A stretch of DNA of 64,000 nucleotides from Candidatus Eiseniibacteriota bacterium. GTDB lineage: Bacteria; Eisenbacteria; RBG-16-71-46; CAZEPH01. The notes beneath the pieces were generated by a model. That model saw nothing but the letters and a program-made list of their open reading frames with translations. It was not told the origin of the DNA and did not search any database. The translations under genes and the position numbers were made by a program. Below are positions 50,892 through 61,546 of the stretch, in pieces. Location of the stretch: positions 1-64,000 of the forward strand of contig JBGATO010000009.1 in NCBI GenBank assembly GCA_044229145.1, written 5' to 3'. Each line of letters starts with the position of its first letter. Within the stretch, counting starts at the first letter, position 1.

Positions 50892-52462
50892 GCATCCTGA
50901 TCGACCGTTCCACCCGCGTCCTCGTCCAGGGCATCACCGGCCGCGACGGTTCGTTCCACGCCCGCTCCATGAAGGCGTACGGCACCCAGGTGGTCGGGGG
51001 AGTGACACCCGGCAAGGGTGGCCAGTTCGTCGACGACATGCCGGTGTTCAATAGTGTCGCCGAAGGGCGCGCCGCCACCGGCGCCAACGCCACCTGCATT
51101 TTCGTCCCCGCGCCGTTCGCCGCGAAGGCGATCCTCGAAGCGGCGGACGCCGGCATCGAGTTCATCGTCGCCATCACCGAGGGCGTGCCCGTCCTCGACA
51201 TGTCGAAGGTGTGGAAGGCGCTCCAGGACAAGCCGAAGACACGGCTGCTCGGCGCCAACTGTCCCGGCCTCATCACGCCGGGCCAGTCCAAGATCGGCAT
51301 CATGCCGGGCCACATCACGACGCCCGGACCGATCGGCCTCGTCTCGCGCTCCGGCACGCTCACCTATGAAGTGGTATGGGCGCTCACCGAAGCCGGCCTC
51401 GGCCAGACGACCTGCGTCGGCATCGGCGGCGACCCGATCAACGGCACCAACTTCCTCGACGTGCTGCGCATGTTCGAGGCGGATCCGGCCACCAAGGCCG
51501 TGGTGATGATCGGCGAGATCGGCGGCAATGACGAAGAAGTCGCCGCCGAGTTCATCCGCACACAAATGACCAAGCCCGTGGTCGGATTCATCGCCGGCCA
51601 GACCGCCCCGCCTGGCCGCCGCATGGGCCACGCCGGCGCGATCGTCACCGGCAACTCGGGCACCGCGGAATCGAAGATCGAGGCGTTCCGCCGCGCCGGC
51701 GTACCGGTGGCGCGCATCACCTCGGAGATTCCGGGACTCATTCGGCAGGTCATGGCGAAGCGCGGCGCAGCGAAGCCCGCGCCGAAGAAGGCCACGCCTG
51801 CCAGCAAGACGTTGGAGGACGGCGCGAAGCGGCGCGCGAAGGCATCGTCGGTGAAGACGAAGCCCACCCCCGCCGCCAAGGCCGCGTCTGCGAAGACGAA
51901 GGCGACCGCGAACAAGGCGAAGACAGCACCGTCGGGGAAGACGGCGCCCAAGGCTGCATCGTCGGTGAAGACGACGCAGAAGTCTGCCGTGTCCGCGAAG
52001 CGCGCATCCTCCACGAGACCGGCTGCGCACGGAAAGGCGCAGCCCGGTCGCCCCGCCGGCTCGGCGGCCGTGAAGACGGCCAAGGCGTCCGGTGGGTCAC
52101 GCGTCACGTCCGAACGGTCGGGCGGGACGCGTCGCGCGTCGAGCTCCCAGGCAGGAACGCGCACGGAGACCACCGCACCCAAGACGCAGAAAGCGTCTCG
52201 GACTACCGTGGGAGGAAGAATGGCAAAGACTGCTGCTCCGAAGAAGGCTGCCAAGAAGGCGGCGAAGAAGTCGACCGCCAAGAAGGCGGCGAAGAAGGCC
52301 ACCAAGAAGGCCACGAAGAAGGTCGCGAAGAAGGCCACCAAGAAGACGGCCAAGAAGGCGACGAAGAAGGCCGTGAAGAAGGTCGCGAAGAAGGCTCCGG
52401 CCAAGAAGGCGGCGAAGAAGCGCACCGCGAAGAAGGCCGCGAAGAAGGCCGCCAAGAAGTAA
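50888..52462 (+). CDS. sucD: Succinyl-CoA synthetase alpha subunit with a Lys/Ala-rich histone H1-like C-terminal extension of about 230 aa
   Basis: [34 protein letters not shown] and RMGHAGA (phospho-His) motifs; the reading frame continues to KKxx repeats. Confidence 0.95.
   Translation: MSILIDRSTRVLVQGITGRDGSFHARSMKAYGTQVVGGVTPGKGGQFVDDMPVFNSVAEGRAATGANATCIFVPAPFAAKAILEAADAGIEFIVAITEGVPVLDMSKVWKALQDKPKTRLLGANCPGLITPGQSKIGIMPGHITTPGPIGLVSRSGTLTYEVVWALTEAGLGQTTCVGIGGDPINGTNFLDVLRMFEADPATKAVVMIGEIGGNDEEVAAEFIRTQMTKPVVGFIAGQTAPPGRRMGHAGAIVTGNSGTAESKIEAFRRAGVPVARITSEIPGLIRQVMAKRGAAKPAPKKATPASKTLEDGAKRRAKASSVKTKPTPAAKAASAKTKATANKAKTAPSGKTAPKAASSVKTTQKSAVSAKRASSTRPAAHGKAQPGRPAGSAAVKTAKASGGSRVTSERSGGTRRASSSQAGTRTETTAPKTQKASRTTVGGRMAKTAAPKKAAKKAAKKSTAKKAAKKATKKATKKVAKKATKKTAKKATKKAVKKVAKKAPAKKAAKKRTAKKAAKKAAKK
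52220..52462 (+). CDS. 80-aa histone H1-like protein, possibly translated from an internal start within sucD
   Basis: GGAGGA RBS directly before ATG 52220; [13 protein letters not shown]... with 18 KK pairs and 37 of 80 residues Lys. Confidence 0.6.
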   Translation: MAKTAAPKKAAKKAAKKSTAKKAAKKATKKATKKVAKKATKKTAKKATKKAVKKVAKKAPAKKAAKKRTAKKAAKKAAKK

Positions 52463-52565
52463 CTCGCGGACCACTCGCCCGTCGCCGGCCGCGCCACACG
52501 CCCTGGGAGCAGGACGCGCGCCGGGGGCGGGCGAGCTCCGTATTCATCGCATGAAGGAGGGAGTA

Positions 52566-52997
52566 GTGCAGACGCTGTTCATGATCAAGCCGGATGGGGT
52601 GCAGCGTAACCTCACCGGCCGCATCCTTGCCCGGATCGAAGAGGCCGGTTTCACCATCCGCGGAGTCAGCCTGCAGCAGATGTCCCAGGCCGACGCGGAG
52701 GAGTTCTACGCCGTTCACAAGGAGCGGCCCTTCTTTCCCGACCTCGTGTCCTACATGACGTCCGGGCCGATCGTCGTCTGCGTGCTCGAGCACGACAACG
52801 CCGTGCAGCACCTCCGCGACACCATCGGTGCGACCGACCCGGCGGAAGCCGCGCCGGGCACCATCCGCAAGGAGTTCGGTCTGTCGAAGCAGATGAACTC
52901 GTGCCACGGCTCGGACTCGCCGGAGAACGGCCAGATCGAGATCGCCTACTGGGTGAAGCGTGGCATCAAGCTGACGCCGGAGAAGGTGTCGGCGTAG
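52566..52997 (+). CDS. ndk: Nucleoside diphosphate kinase
   Basis: [31 protein letters not shown] and N..HGSDS motifs; start at GTG 52566 or ATG 52551. Confidence 0.98.
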   Translation: MQTLFMIKPDGVQRNLTGRILARIEEAGFTIRGVSLQQMSQADAEEFYAVHKERPFFPDLVSYMTSGPIVVCVLEHDNAVQHLRDTIGATDPAEAAPGTIRKEFGLSKQMNSCHGSDSPENGQIEIAYWVKRGIKLTPEKVSA

Positions 52998-53019
52998 AGC
53001 CGTGCCGCAGCGCAGTGTG

Positions 53020-53051
53020 CGAGGGCAGTCCGCTTCGGCGGGCTGCCCTCG
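53020..53051 (+). terminator. UUCG-tetraloop hairpin after ndk, terminator-like
   Basis: CGAGGGCAGTCCGC-ttcg-GCGGGCTGCCCTCG; no clear U-tract. Confidence 0.55.
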
Positions 53052-53187
53052 TCGCATGCGTGGTGCGCCTCCGGCAGCGGACCGCGTACCGCCGGGGCGC
53101 CACGGACAGCGGCAGAGCCGTCGCCCACACTGGCCCGTGGCCACGGGACCCGCACGGGGCGGCGTCCCGGGCCGGGAGGATGCCAGC

Positions 53188-53655
53188 ATGTCGACGGTAC
53201 CCGCGCCCATCGCGCGGTTCCTGGAGGGCAAACGCATTGCCGTCGTCGGGCTGACGGCAGAGGCGCCCGATCCCGCGCGGGCGATCGCCGCGCGGCTCGC
53301 CGCGACCGGACATGAGGTGGTGCCGGTGTCGCGTGAGGTCGTAGAGTTCGAGGGGCACGCCTGCTACCCGGCGCTCGGGGCCGTCGCAGGCCCGCTCGAC
53401 GGCGCCTTCGTGGCGCCCGGGCCTGCCGGATCGCTGGCGCTGGCGGCCGAGTGCGTCGCGGCCGGCGTGCCGCGCATCTGGTTTCACTGGACGATCGGGG
53501 AAGGACACGTGCCGGAGGAGACGCGGGCCTATTGCGCGGAGCACGGCGTCGAGTGCATCGACGGCGGCTGCCCGCTGATGTTCTGCCCGCCGGTGGATCC
53601 GTTCCACCGCTGCTTGTGCTGGGTGGGGCAAAGGACCGGCCACGTTCCGCGGTGA
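53188..53655 (+). CDS. CoA-binding (YccU-like) protein
   Basis: KRIAVVGL, EVVPV, CYPAL and IDGGCPLMF..PVD.FH motifs; GGAGGA RBS. Confidence 0.82.
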   Translation: MSTVPAPIARFLEGKRIAVVGLTAEAPDPARAIAARLAATGHEVVPVSREVVEFEGHACYPALGAVAGPLDGAFVAPGPAGSLALAAECVAAGVPRIWFHWTIGEGHVPEETRAYCAEHGVECIDGGCPLMFCPPVDPFHRCLCWVGQRTGHVPR

Positions 53656-53763
53656 CACGGTCCGGACGACGGTGGTGTGGCACCGTCCGCCAGACGAGTC
53701 CAAGGTCCAGGCGGGGAAGGGGTTAGCCGCTGGACCAGGGGGCCGCCTGTCGCCCCTTCCCGG

Positions 53764-53792
53764 TTGAAACTTCCCGACGTGTCTGGTATGGT
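53764..53792 (+). promoter_or_regulatory. Putative sigma70 promoter for the yceD-rpmF-plsX-fab operon
   Basis: TTGAAA-N17-TATGGT with TGn extension. Confidence 0.65.
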
Positions 53793-53871
53793 GCCCGCTT
53801 CGGTTGGGACCCCCTGTGGCTTCGCGGCCGTGTACGCCGCCCTGCGGCAGGTGAGATCTCCGGAGGCATCC

Positions 53872-54411
53872 GTGCGCATCGACGTCACCCATCTCGTCCA
53901 CGGGCTCAATACGTTGAGCGTGGACGAGGCACCCGCCACACTTCACCTTCCGGAACCTCGGAAGGAGGCCGCGGGTGACACGGAGGCTCACGCAGATGCG
54001 GCCCTCGGGGCGACGTTCCCGGGGCCGGTGCACGCCGCGTTGCGCATCACGCGCAACGAGGACGAATTCCTGCTCGACGCGGATCTCGGTTCGCCGGTCG
54101 AGTTGGAGTGCGCGCGATGCCTCACCTGGTACGCCAGCACCGTGGAGACGAGCTTTCGAGGCTTCGTCCGCCGCGGGGAAGGGCCGGCGGCCCATCGCAA
54201 CTTCGAAGACCAGATGGACGAAGGCGGCGTGATCTATCACACCGGCCGCTATCTGGACATCGGCGAAGCGGTGCGCGAAGCCTTGCTCTTGGCGGTGCCG
54301 ATGCGACCACTCTGCCGCGAGGACTGTCGGGGTCTCTGCGCGGGATGCGGGGCGGATCTCAACCGGGATACGTGTGCGTGCGCGGGTGCGCCGGACACGC
54401 GAGCGTCCTGA
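53872..54411 (+). CDS. yceD: DUF177 (YceD) family protein
   Basis: LECARCL and E.LLLAVPMRPLCREDCRGLCAGCGADLN...C.C; lies upstream of rpmF. Confidence 0.93.
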   Translation: MRIDVTHLVHGLNTLSVDEAPATLHLPEPRKEAAGDTEAHADAALGATFPGPVHAALRITRNEDEFLLDADLGSPVELECARCLTWYASTVETSFRGFVRRGEGPAAHRNFEDQMDEGGVIYHTGRYLDIGEAVREALLLAVPMRPLCREDCRGLCAGCGADLNRDTCACAGAPDTRAS

Positions 54412-54487
54412 GGGAATCGGGACGCTCTTGACCACACGCTCGGCCGCGTGCATCAGGCCGGGACTCGTTGAAGGAGAAGAACGCCTC

Positions 54488-54676
54488 ATGGCTGTTCCGA
54501 AGAGACGACACTCGTCGACGCGTCGCGACAAGCGCCGCCACACCAACTCGCAGTTGTTCGCGCCGCTCCTCGGCCGCTGCTCTCACTGCGGCCAGCCCGC
54601 GCTCCCGCACCGTGTCTGCAAGGAATGCGGATACTACAAGGGTGTCGCGGTGCTCAAGAAGGACCTGGACGACTAA
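54488..54676 (+). CDS. rpmF: 50S ribosomal protein L32 (zinc-binding form)
   Basis: MAVPKRRHSSTRRDKRR...CSHCG...PHRVCKECGYYKG. Confidence 0.98.
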   Translation: MAVPKRRHSSTRRDKRRHTNSQLFAPLLGRCSHCGQPALPHRVCKECGYYKGVAVLKKDLDD

Positions 54677-54782
54677 ACAGGGTGAACGCTCCCTCGCGTG
54701 AGCGACGCGCCATCGAGCGCACCGGCACGATGCCGGTGTCGCGCCGCGTGCTCCGCGGGGCCCGGGCGGCCCTGACACTCCC

Positions 54783-55823
54783 GTGACGGACTCCACTTCT
54801 CTCCCCCGCATCGCGCTCGACGCGATGGGCGGCGACCACGCACCTGGCGTGGTCGTCGAAGGCGCCCTCGCGGCCCTCACCGAGGCGCCCGGCGAGTTCA
54901 CCGTGACGCTGGTCGGCGATCGCGCCGCCATCGAGGCCGAGTTGGCGCGCCTCGGCACCGGCGAGGTGCCCGGCCTGTCGATCCTCCACGCGGAGGAATC
55001 GGTGGACATGGCCGAGAAGGCCGCCGCGTCCGCGCGCAAGAAGACGCACTCGAGCATCGCCGTCGCCTTGAAGGCGGTGAAGGACGGCGAGGCCGACGCG
55101 ATGATCAGCGCCGGCAACACCGGCGCCGTCGCGTCCACGGCGATGTTGACGCTCGGGCGCATCGCGGGGCTCAAGCGCCCCGCCATCGCCGCGTTCATTC
55201 CTACCAACGCGGGCGGCTGCATCCTGCTCGACTGCGGCGCCACCGCGGACTGCAAGCCGGAACACTTGCTGCAGTTCGCCGTGATGGGCTCGGTGTATTG
55301 CCGCGCGCTGCTCGAGCGCGACCAGCCGCGCGTCGCGCTGCTCAACATCGGCGAAGAGCCCGGCAAGGGCAACGAATTGGCGATCGCCACGCACCAACTG
55401 CTCGCGGCATCCGGAATGCCGTTCGTGGGCAATGTCGAAGGACGCGACGTGCTGAGCGGGGGAGCGGACGTCATCGTCACCGACGGCTTCACGGGGAACA
55501 TCCTCTTGAAGTTCGCGGAGAGCGTCATCGGCTGGATCACCGGATTGGTGCGCGAGTCGATGAGCGGAACGTCCGGCGCTCAGCCGGGCGGTGCGGCCGA
55601 GGCCTTCGGGCCGGTGTTGGCGAATCTGCGCAAGCGGATCGACTACGCCGAATACGGCGGCGCCCCCCTGTTGGGCGTGGACGGTGTGTGCTTCATCGCC
55701 CACGGGTCCTCCTCGGCCCGCGCGGTCAAGAACGCAGTGCGGTCGTCCGCCCGCCTCGTGAGGGACGGTCTGGCGACGCGCATTCGTGACGAGTTGGCTG
55801 CCATGGAAGGGGATAGTCAATGA
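54783..55823 (+). CDS. plsX: Phosphate acyltransferase PlsX
   Basis: IALDAMGGDHAP, SAGNTGA, LLNIGEE..KG, VTDGFTGN and GGAPLLG motifs. Confidence 0.98.
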   Translation: MTDSTSLPRIALDAMGGDHAPGVVVEGALAALTEAPGEFTVTLVGDRAAIEAELARLGTGEVPGLSILHAEESVDMAEKAAASARKKTHSSIAVALKAVKDGEADAMISAGNTGAVASTAMLTLGRIAGLKRPAIAAFIPTNAGGCILLDCGATADCKPEHLLQFAVMGSVYCRALLERDQPRVALLNIGEEPGKGNELAIATHQLLAASGMPFVGNVEGRDVLSGGADVIVTDGFTGNILLKFAESVIGWITGLVRESMSGTSGAQPGGAAEAFGPVLANLRKRIDYAEYGGAPLLGVDGVCFIAHGSSSARAVKNAVRSSARLVRDGLATRIRDELAAMEGDSQ

Positions 55824-56815
55824 GAGGATCGCTGCGCGGCATCCGCATGGTGTCGACCGGGGCCTACGTCCCCGAGCGCGTCATGACGAATGGCGATTTC
55901 GAGAAACTGGTCGACACCACCGACGAATGGATCACCACCCGCACCGGCATCAAGGAGCGCCACATCGCCCCGTCGGACATGCCGACGTCGGAGATGGCGT
56001 GTCACGCGGCGGAGGCGGCGATCGCCGAGGCCGGCATCGATGTCGAGGCGATCGATTGCATCATCGTCGCGACGGTGACGCCGGACCAACCGTTCCCCGC
56101 CACTGCCTGCCACGTGCAGGCGAAGCTCGGCGCGACGAAGGCCGCGGCGTTCGACGTCAGCGCGGCGTGCAGTGGCTTCCTGTACGGCACGCAGATCGCC
56201 ACCGGTTTGATCGCCAGTGGTCTCAAGGACTGCGTGCTGGTGGTCGGCGTCGAGTCGCTGTCGAAGATCGTCGACTACACCGATCGGAACACCTGTGTGC
56301 TGTTCGGCGATGGCGCGGGGGCGGCGCTCTACACCGCCACCGACAATCCGAAGACCGGCGTGCTGGCGGCGCTGTCGCAGAGCGACGGCACGCTGACGCA
56401 TCTGCTCGAGTTGCCGGCCGGCGGCACGCGCCTTGGCGTCAGCCACGATACGGTCGACGCGCGCCTGCACTTCCTGCGCATGCGCGGCAACGAGACGTTC
56501 AAGATCGCGGTGCGCAACATGTCGGAGATCGCGCTCGAGGCGTTGGCGCGCGCCGGCAAGTCGCCCGCCGAACTCGATCTTCTCGTGCCGCACCAGGCGA
56601 ACATCCGCATCATCGAAGCGGTCGCCCGCGCGCTCGACTTCCCGATGGACAAGGTGATGGTCAACATCGACCGTTTCGGCAACACGTCCTCGGCGTCGAT
56701 CCCGATGGCGCTCGACGAGGCGCGCAAATCGGGCCGCATCAAGCCGGGCGATCTGGTCGAACTCGTCGCCTTCGGCGGCGGCATGACGTGGGGCGCCGTG
56801 GTGGTGCAGTTCTGA
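55820..56815 (+). CDS. fabH: Beta-ketoacyl-ACP synthase III
   Basis: DVSAACSGF, LFGDGAGA, PHQAN and GNTSSAS (Cys-His-Asn triad). Confidence 0.98.
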   Translation: MRGSLRGIRMVSTGAYVPERVMTNGDFEKLVDTTDEWITTRTGIKERHIAPSDMPTSEMACHAAEAAIAEAGIDVEAIDCIIVATVTPDQPFPATACHVQAKLGATKAAAFDVSAACSGFLYGTQIATGLIASGLKDCVLVVGVESLSKIVDYTDRNTCVLFGDGAGAALYTATDNPKTGVLAALSQSDGTLTHLLELPAGGTRLGVSHDTVDARLHFLRMRGNETFKIAVRNMSEIALEALARAGKSPAELDLLVPHQANIRIIEAVARALDFPMDKVMVNIDRFGNTSSASIPMALDEARKSGRIKPGDLVELVAFGGGMTWGAVVVQF

Positions 56816-57771
56816 TGGCGCCGAAGATCGCGTTCCTCTGTCCGGGGCAAGGCGCGCAGTACGTCGGGATGGGCAAGGCGTTCGCCGATGCCGATCCGGC
56901 GATCGCCGCGCTCTATCGCGAGGCGGACGACATCGTCGGCGCGCCACTCTCGTCGATTTGCTTCGAGGGGCCGGACACCGAGCTGGTGAAGACGGTGAAC
57001 ACGCAGCCGGCGCTGCTCCTGCACTCGGTGGCGGCGATGACCGCGCTGCGCGCGCACGGCATCGAGGCGAACGCGGCGGTGGGCCACAGCTTGGGTGAAT
57101 ACAGCGCGAACGTCGCGGTGGGTTCGCTCGCGTGGCAGGACGCGCTGCGCTTGGTGCGCCGGCGCGGCGCGCTGATGTACCAGGCCGGACTCGACAATCC
57201 CGGCACGATGGCCGCGATCCTCGGCCTCGCCGGCGAGGCGGTGGAGCAGCTGTGCGCCGACACCGTCGCCGCCGGCCACGGCGTCGTGCAGGCGGCGAAC
57301 CTGAACTCACCCGGTCAGGTCGTGATCAGCGGCGAGATCGCGGCGGTCGAAGCCGCGATGGCCCTCGCGAAAGACCGCGGCGCCAAGCGGGCGATCCGGC
57401 TCGAGGTCAGCGGCGCGTTCCACTCGCCGTTGATGGGCAGCGCGGCGGCCGGTCTCGCCGAGGCCATCGCCGCGACCACGATCCACGCGCCGCGCGGTCC
57501 GGTGTACGCCAACGTCAGCGCGTCGCCGGTCACCGAGCCGCCGGCGATCGCCGATGCGCTGTCGCGGCAGCTGCTCGGCGCGGTACGCTGGGAAGCCTCG
57601 ATGCGCGCGTTGGTGGCGGACGGCTATGCGCTCTTCGTCGAGGTCGGCAGCGGCAAGGTGCTGAAGGGCCTGATGCGTCAGATCGCCCCGGAGGCGGAAG
57701 TGCTGAACGTCGAAGATCCGGCGACGCTGGCCGCGGCGCTCGAGCGCCTGCGCGCGCTGGCCACCGCGTAA
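56815..57771 (+). CDS. fabD: Malonyl-CoA:ACP transacylase
   Basis: PGQGAQ, TQPA, GHSLGEY and VSGAFHS motifs. Confidence 0.98.
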   Translation: MAPKIAFLCPGQGAQYVGMGKAFADADPAIAALYREADDIVGAPLSSICFEGPDTELVKTVNTQPALLLHSVAAMTALRAHGIEANAAVGHSLGEYSANVAVGSLAWQDALRLVRRRGALMYQAGLDNPGTMAAILGLAGEAVEQLCADTVAAGHGVVQAANLNSPGQVVISGEIAAVEAAMALAKDRGAKRAIRLEVSGAFHSPLMGSAAAGLAEAIAATTIHAPRGPVYANVSASPVTEPPAIADALSRQLLGAVRWEASMRALVADGYALFVEVGSGKVLKGLMRQIAPEAEVLNVEDPATLAAALERLRALATA

Positions 57772-57802
57772 TCGACACGACAGGGAAGGAGATCCCCGCT
57801 TC

Positions 57803-58555
57803 ATGAGCGAACGGGAATTCGCCGGCAAGAACGTGTTCGTCACGGGCGCCTCGCGCTCGATCGGCGAGGCGGTCGCGCGCTACTTCGCGGCCCGGGGCGC
57901 CGCGGTGGCGATCGTCGGCACCAAGCAGGAGACGATCGAAGCCGCCGCCAGCCAGTTGCGCGCCGACACCGGCGCGACCGTCGTCCCGTGCGCGTGCGAC
58001 GTCGCCGACACGGCCGCCGTCCAGGCGATGGTGCAGCAAGCCGAAGCGGCGCTCGGCTCCGGCATCGACATCCTGGTCAACAACGCGGGGATCACCAAGG
58101 ACGGCCTGCTTCTCCGGATGGACGAGGCGCAGTGGGATACAGTCCTGGACGTGAACCTGAAGGGTACCTACAATTGCACCAAAGCCGTCCTGCGGAACAT
58201 GATGAAGAAGAAGGCGGGACGCATCGTGAACATTACGTCCATCGTGGGCATCACCGGGAACGCCGGCCAAGCCAACTACGTCGCGTCGAAGGCGGGCGTG
58301 ATCGGCTTCACCAAGGCGGTGGCGCGCGAGGTTGCGAGCCGCGGCATTACCGTGAACGCGGTTGCACCCGGATACATCGACACCCCGATGACGCAAGCCT
58401 TGCCCGAGGCCATTCGCGAGGGCATGCTCACCCGGATCCCCCTCGGGCGATTCGGCACACCTGAAGATGTCGCGGACGTCGTCGGTTTTCTCGCGTCCGA
58501 TGCTGCCCGCTATGTCACCGGGCAGGTCATTCAAGTCGACGGAGGCTGGGTCTAA
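57803..58555 (+). CDS. fabG: 3-oxoacyl-ACP reductase
   Basis: [28 protein letters not shown] and VAPGYI motifs. Confidence 0.97.
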   Translation: MSEREFAGKNVFVTGASRSIGEAVARYFAARGAAVAIVGTKQETIEAAASQLRADTGATVVPCACDVADTAAVQAMVQQAEAALGSGIDILVNNAGITKDGLLLRMDEAQWDTVLDVNLKGTYNCTKAVLRNMMKKKAGRIVNITSIVGITGNAGQANYVASKAGVIGFTKAVAREVASRGITVNAVAPGYIDTPMTQALPEAIREGMLTRIPLGRFGTPEDVADVVGFLASDAARYVTGQVIQVDGGWV

Positions 58556-58677
58556 CCCGGTCACCGACGGCTGAGCCGCGGTCCCCCGGTGCATTCGACG
58601 GACGACACCGACGCATGCGCGCATGGGGTGGCAGCACCGCATCACCCTACAATCCAAAGAGAGGAGTCAGTCGATAC

Positions 58678-58929
58678 ATGCCCAGTCCGTACAGCGATGA
58701 GCGTGTGAAGGAAATCATCATGGAGCAGTTGGGGGTGTCCGCCGAGCAGGTGACCCCGTCCGCCTCCTTCATCGACGACCTCGGTGCCGACTCGCTGGAC
58801 ACCGTGGAGCTGGTCATGGCGCTCGAGGAGGAGTTTGGCGTCGAGATTCCCGACGAGAACGCGGAGAAAATCCGCACCGTCGGCGACGCGATGGGCTACC
58901 TCAAGGAGCACCTCGCCGCGGGCGCCTAA
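58678..58929 (+). CDS. acpP: Acyl carrier protein
   Basis: [30 protein letters not shown]. Confidence 0.98.
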   Translation: MPSPYSDERVKEIIMEQLGVSAEQVTPSASFIDDLGADSLDTVELVMALEEEFGVEIPDENAEKIRTVGDAMGYLKEHLAAGA

Positions 58930-59073
58930 GGCGTTCGCAGTTGCACGTCGGAGCGAGTGTCCGGGGAAGGTCGCGTGCGGCGGCCGCGCCGCAGGGCGGG
59001 TATACCGCGCGACGAGCTTCCCCGGGCGTCCTCCGAGGCCCCTCATGTCGTACGCAGTGACGTCTGGAGAGCA

Positions 59074-60354
<1,281 letters not shown>

Positions 60355-60475
60355 CCCCGCTCGCCAGCGCGGGCAACGAACGCCTCCGAGCCGCGCGCCG
60401 TGCGCGCCGCTCGGCGCCGCTCGTGCGGAGCCTCGGCCTCCTGGGCGTCGAACCCACACAGGTGAGACACATGCG

Positions 60476-61540
60476 ATGGAACGCATGACAGCGAGTTCCG
60501 GCAATCCGCCGCGCCGCCGCCCCGCGCGCAAGCGCAACGCGGCCGCGTCCACGGAAGGCGGCGTCCACGCCACCGCCGCGCGCAAGGCCGCGGCGCTGGC
60601 GCCGGCGCCGTCGACCAACCCGATCGCCCGCTTGATCGAGGCGGTGGTCGCGCGCCGCAAGGGCGCCGATGCCGCGAGCGACAAACGCCTGCAGCAATTC
60701 CAGCGTGCCATCGGCATGCGCTTCAAGACGCCGACGTTGTTGCGCCAGGCGCTGACCCACCGCAGTTTCGTCTACGATCATGCGGGCGACGGTCGCGAGT
60801 CGAACGAACGCATGGAATTCCTCGGCGACTCGGTGCTGGGCTTGGTGGTCAACGAGCACCTCTACAAGACCTTCCCGAACAACCGCGAAGGCTCGCTCAC
60901 CCAGATGAAGTCGCTGCTGGTCAGCGAAGCCGTGCTGGCGAAGATCGCACGCACGATGAACCTCGGAGCCTTCCTCTACCTCTCCGATGCCGAGGCCGAG
61001 TCCGGCGGACGCGACCGTTCCTCGATACTCGCCGATGCCTTCGAAGCGGTGATCGCGGCGATCTACCTCGATGGCGGTCTCGAGCCGGCGCGGCGCTTCT
61101 GCGAAGAGCGGCTGCTGCGCGAGGCGCACACCATCGTCGTCGACAAATCGCACATGAATCACAAGAGCCTGCTGCAGGAGTTCGCGCAGGGGCACTTCAA
61201 GACGCATCCGCGGTATCGCGTGAGCCGCGAAGATGGTCCGGATCACGAGAAGACGTTTTCGGTCGAGGTCTACATCGGCGACGTGTTGCTCGGTCGCGGA
61301 AACGGCAAGAACAAGAAGGACGCCGAGCAGGATGCGGCGCGCGCCGCGCTCGCGGTGCTCGAGTCCGAACAGGCCGCCGAGGAAAGCGCGCCGCGCCCCG
61401 ACCGTCGGCCGTCTCGCCGCGGGCGCAGCGACTCCACCCCGCGCCGTGCGGAAGCGTCTGCCGAGACCCCGACGGTGACCCGCCACACCCGCCCGCGGCG
61501 CGTCGCCGCCGATGATTCCACCTCCGAGACGCGGCGCTGA
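60476..61540 (+). CDS. rnc: Ribonuclease III with basic N- and C-terminal extensions
   Basis: ALTHRS, NERMEFLGDSVL, ADAFEA..AAIYLD and dsRBD GPDH.K.F...G.NKKDAEQ.AA. Start codon uncertain. Confidence 0.96.
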   Translation: MERMTASSGNPPRRRPARKRNAAASTEGGVHATAARKAAALAPAPSTNPIARLIEAVVARRKGADAASDKRLQQFQRAIGMRFKTPTLLRQALTHRSFVYDHAGDGRESNERMEFLGDSVLGLVVNEHLYKTFPNNREGSLTQMKSLLVSEAVLAKIARTMNLGAFLYLSDAEAESGGRDRSSILADAFEAVIAAIYLDGGLEPARRFCEERLLREAHTIVVDKSHMNHKSLLQEFAQGHFKTHPRYRVSREDGPDHEKTFSVEVYIGDVLLGRGNGKNKKDAEQDAARAALAVLESEQAAEESAPRPDRRPSRRGRSDSTPRRAEASAETPTVTRHTRPRRVAADDSTSETRR

Positions 61541-61546
61541 TCGGGC

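Noticed and set aside
51364..52497. Minus-strand ORFs rich in FFAAFF repeats (also 34215-34568), resembling membrane proteins
   Set aside because: They are the reverse complement of the AAG-AAG lysine repeats; the plus-strand reading has an RBS and operon context.
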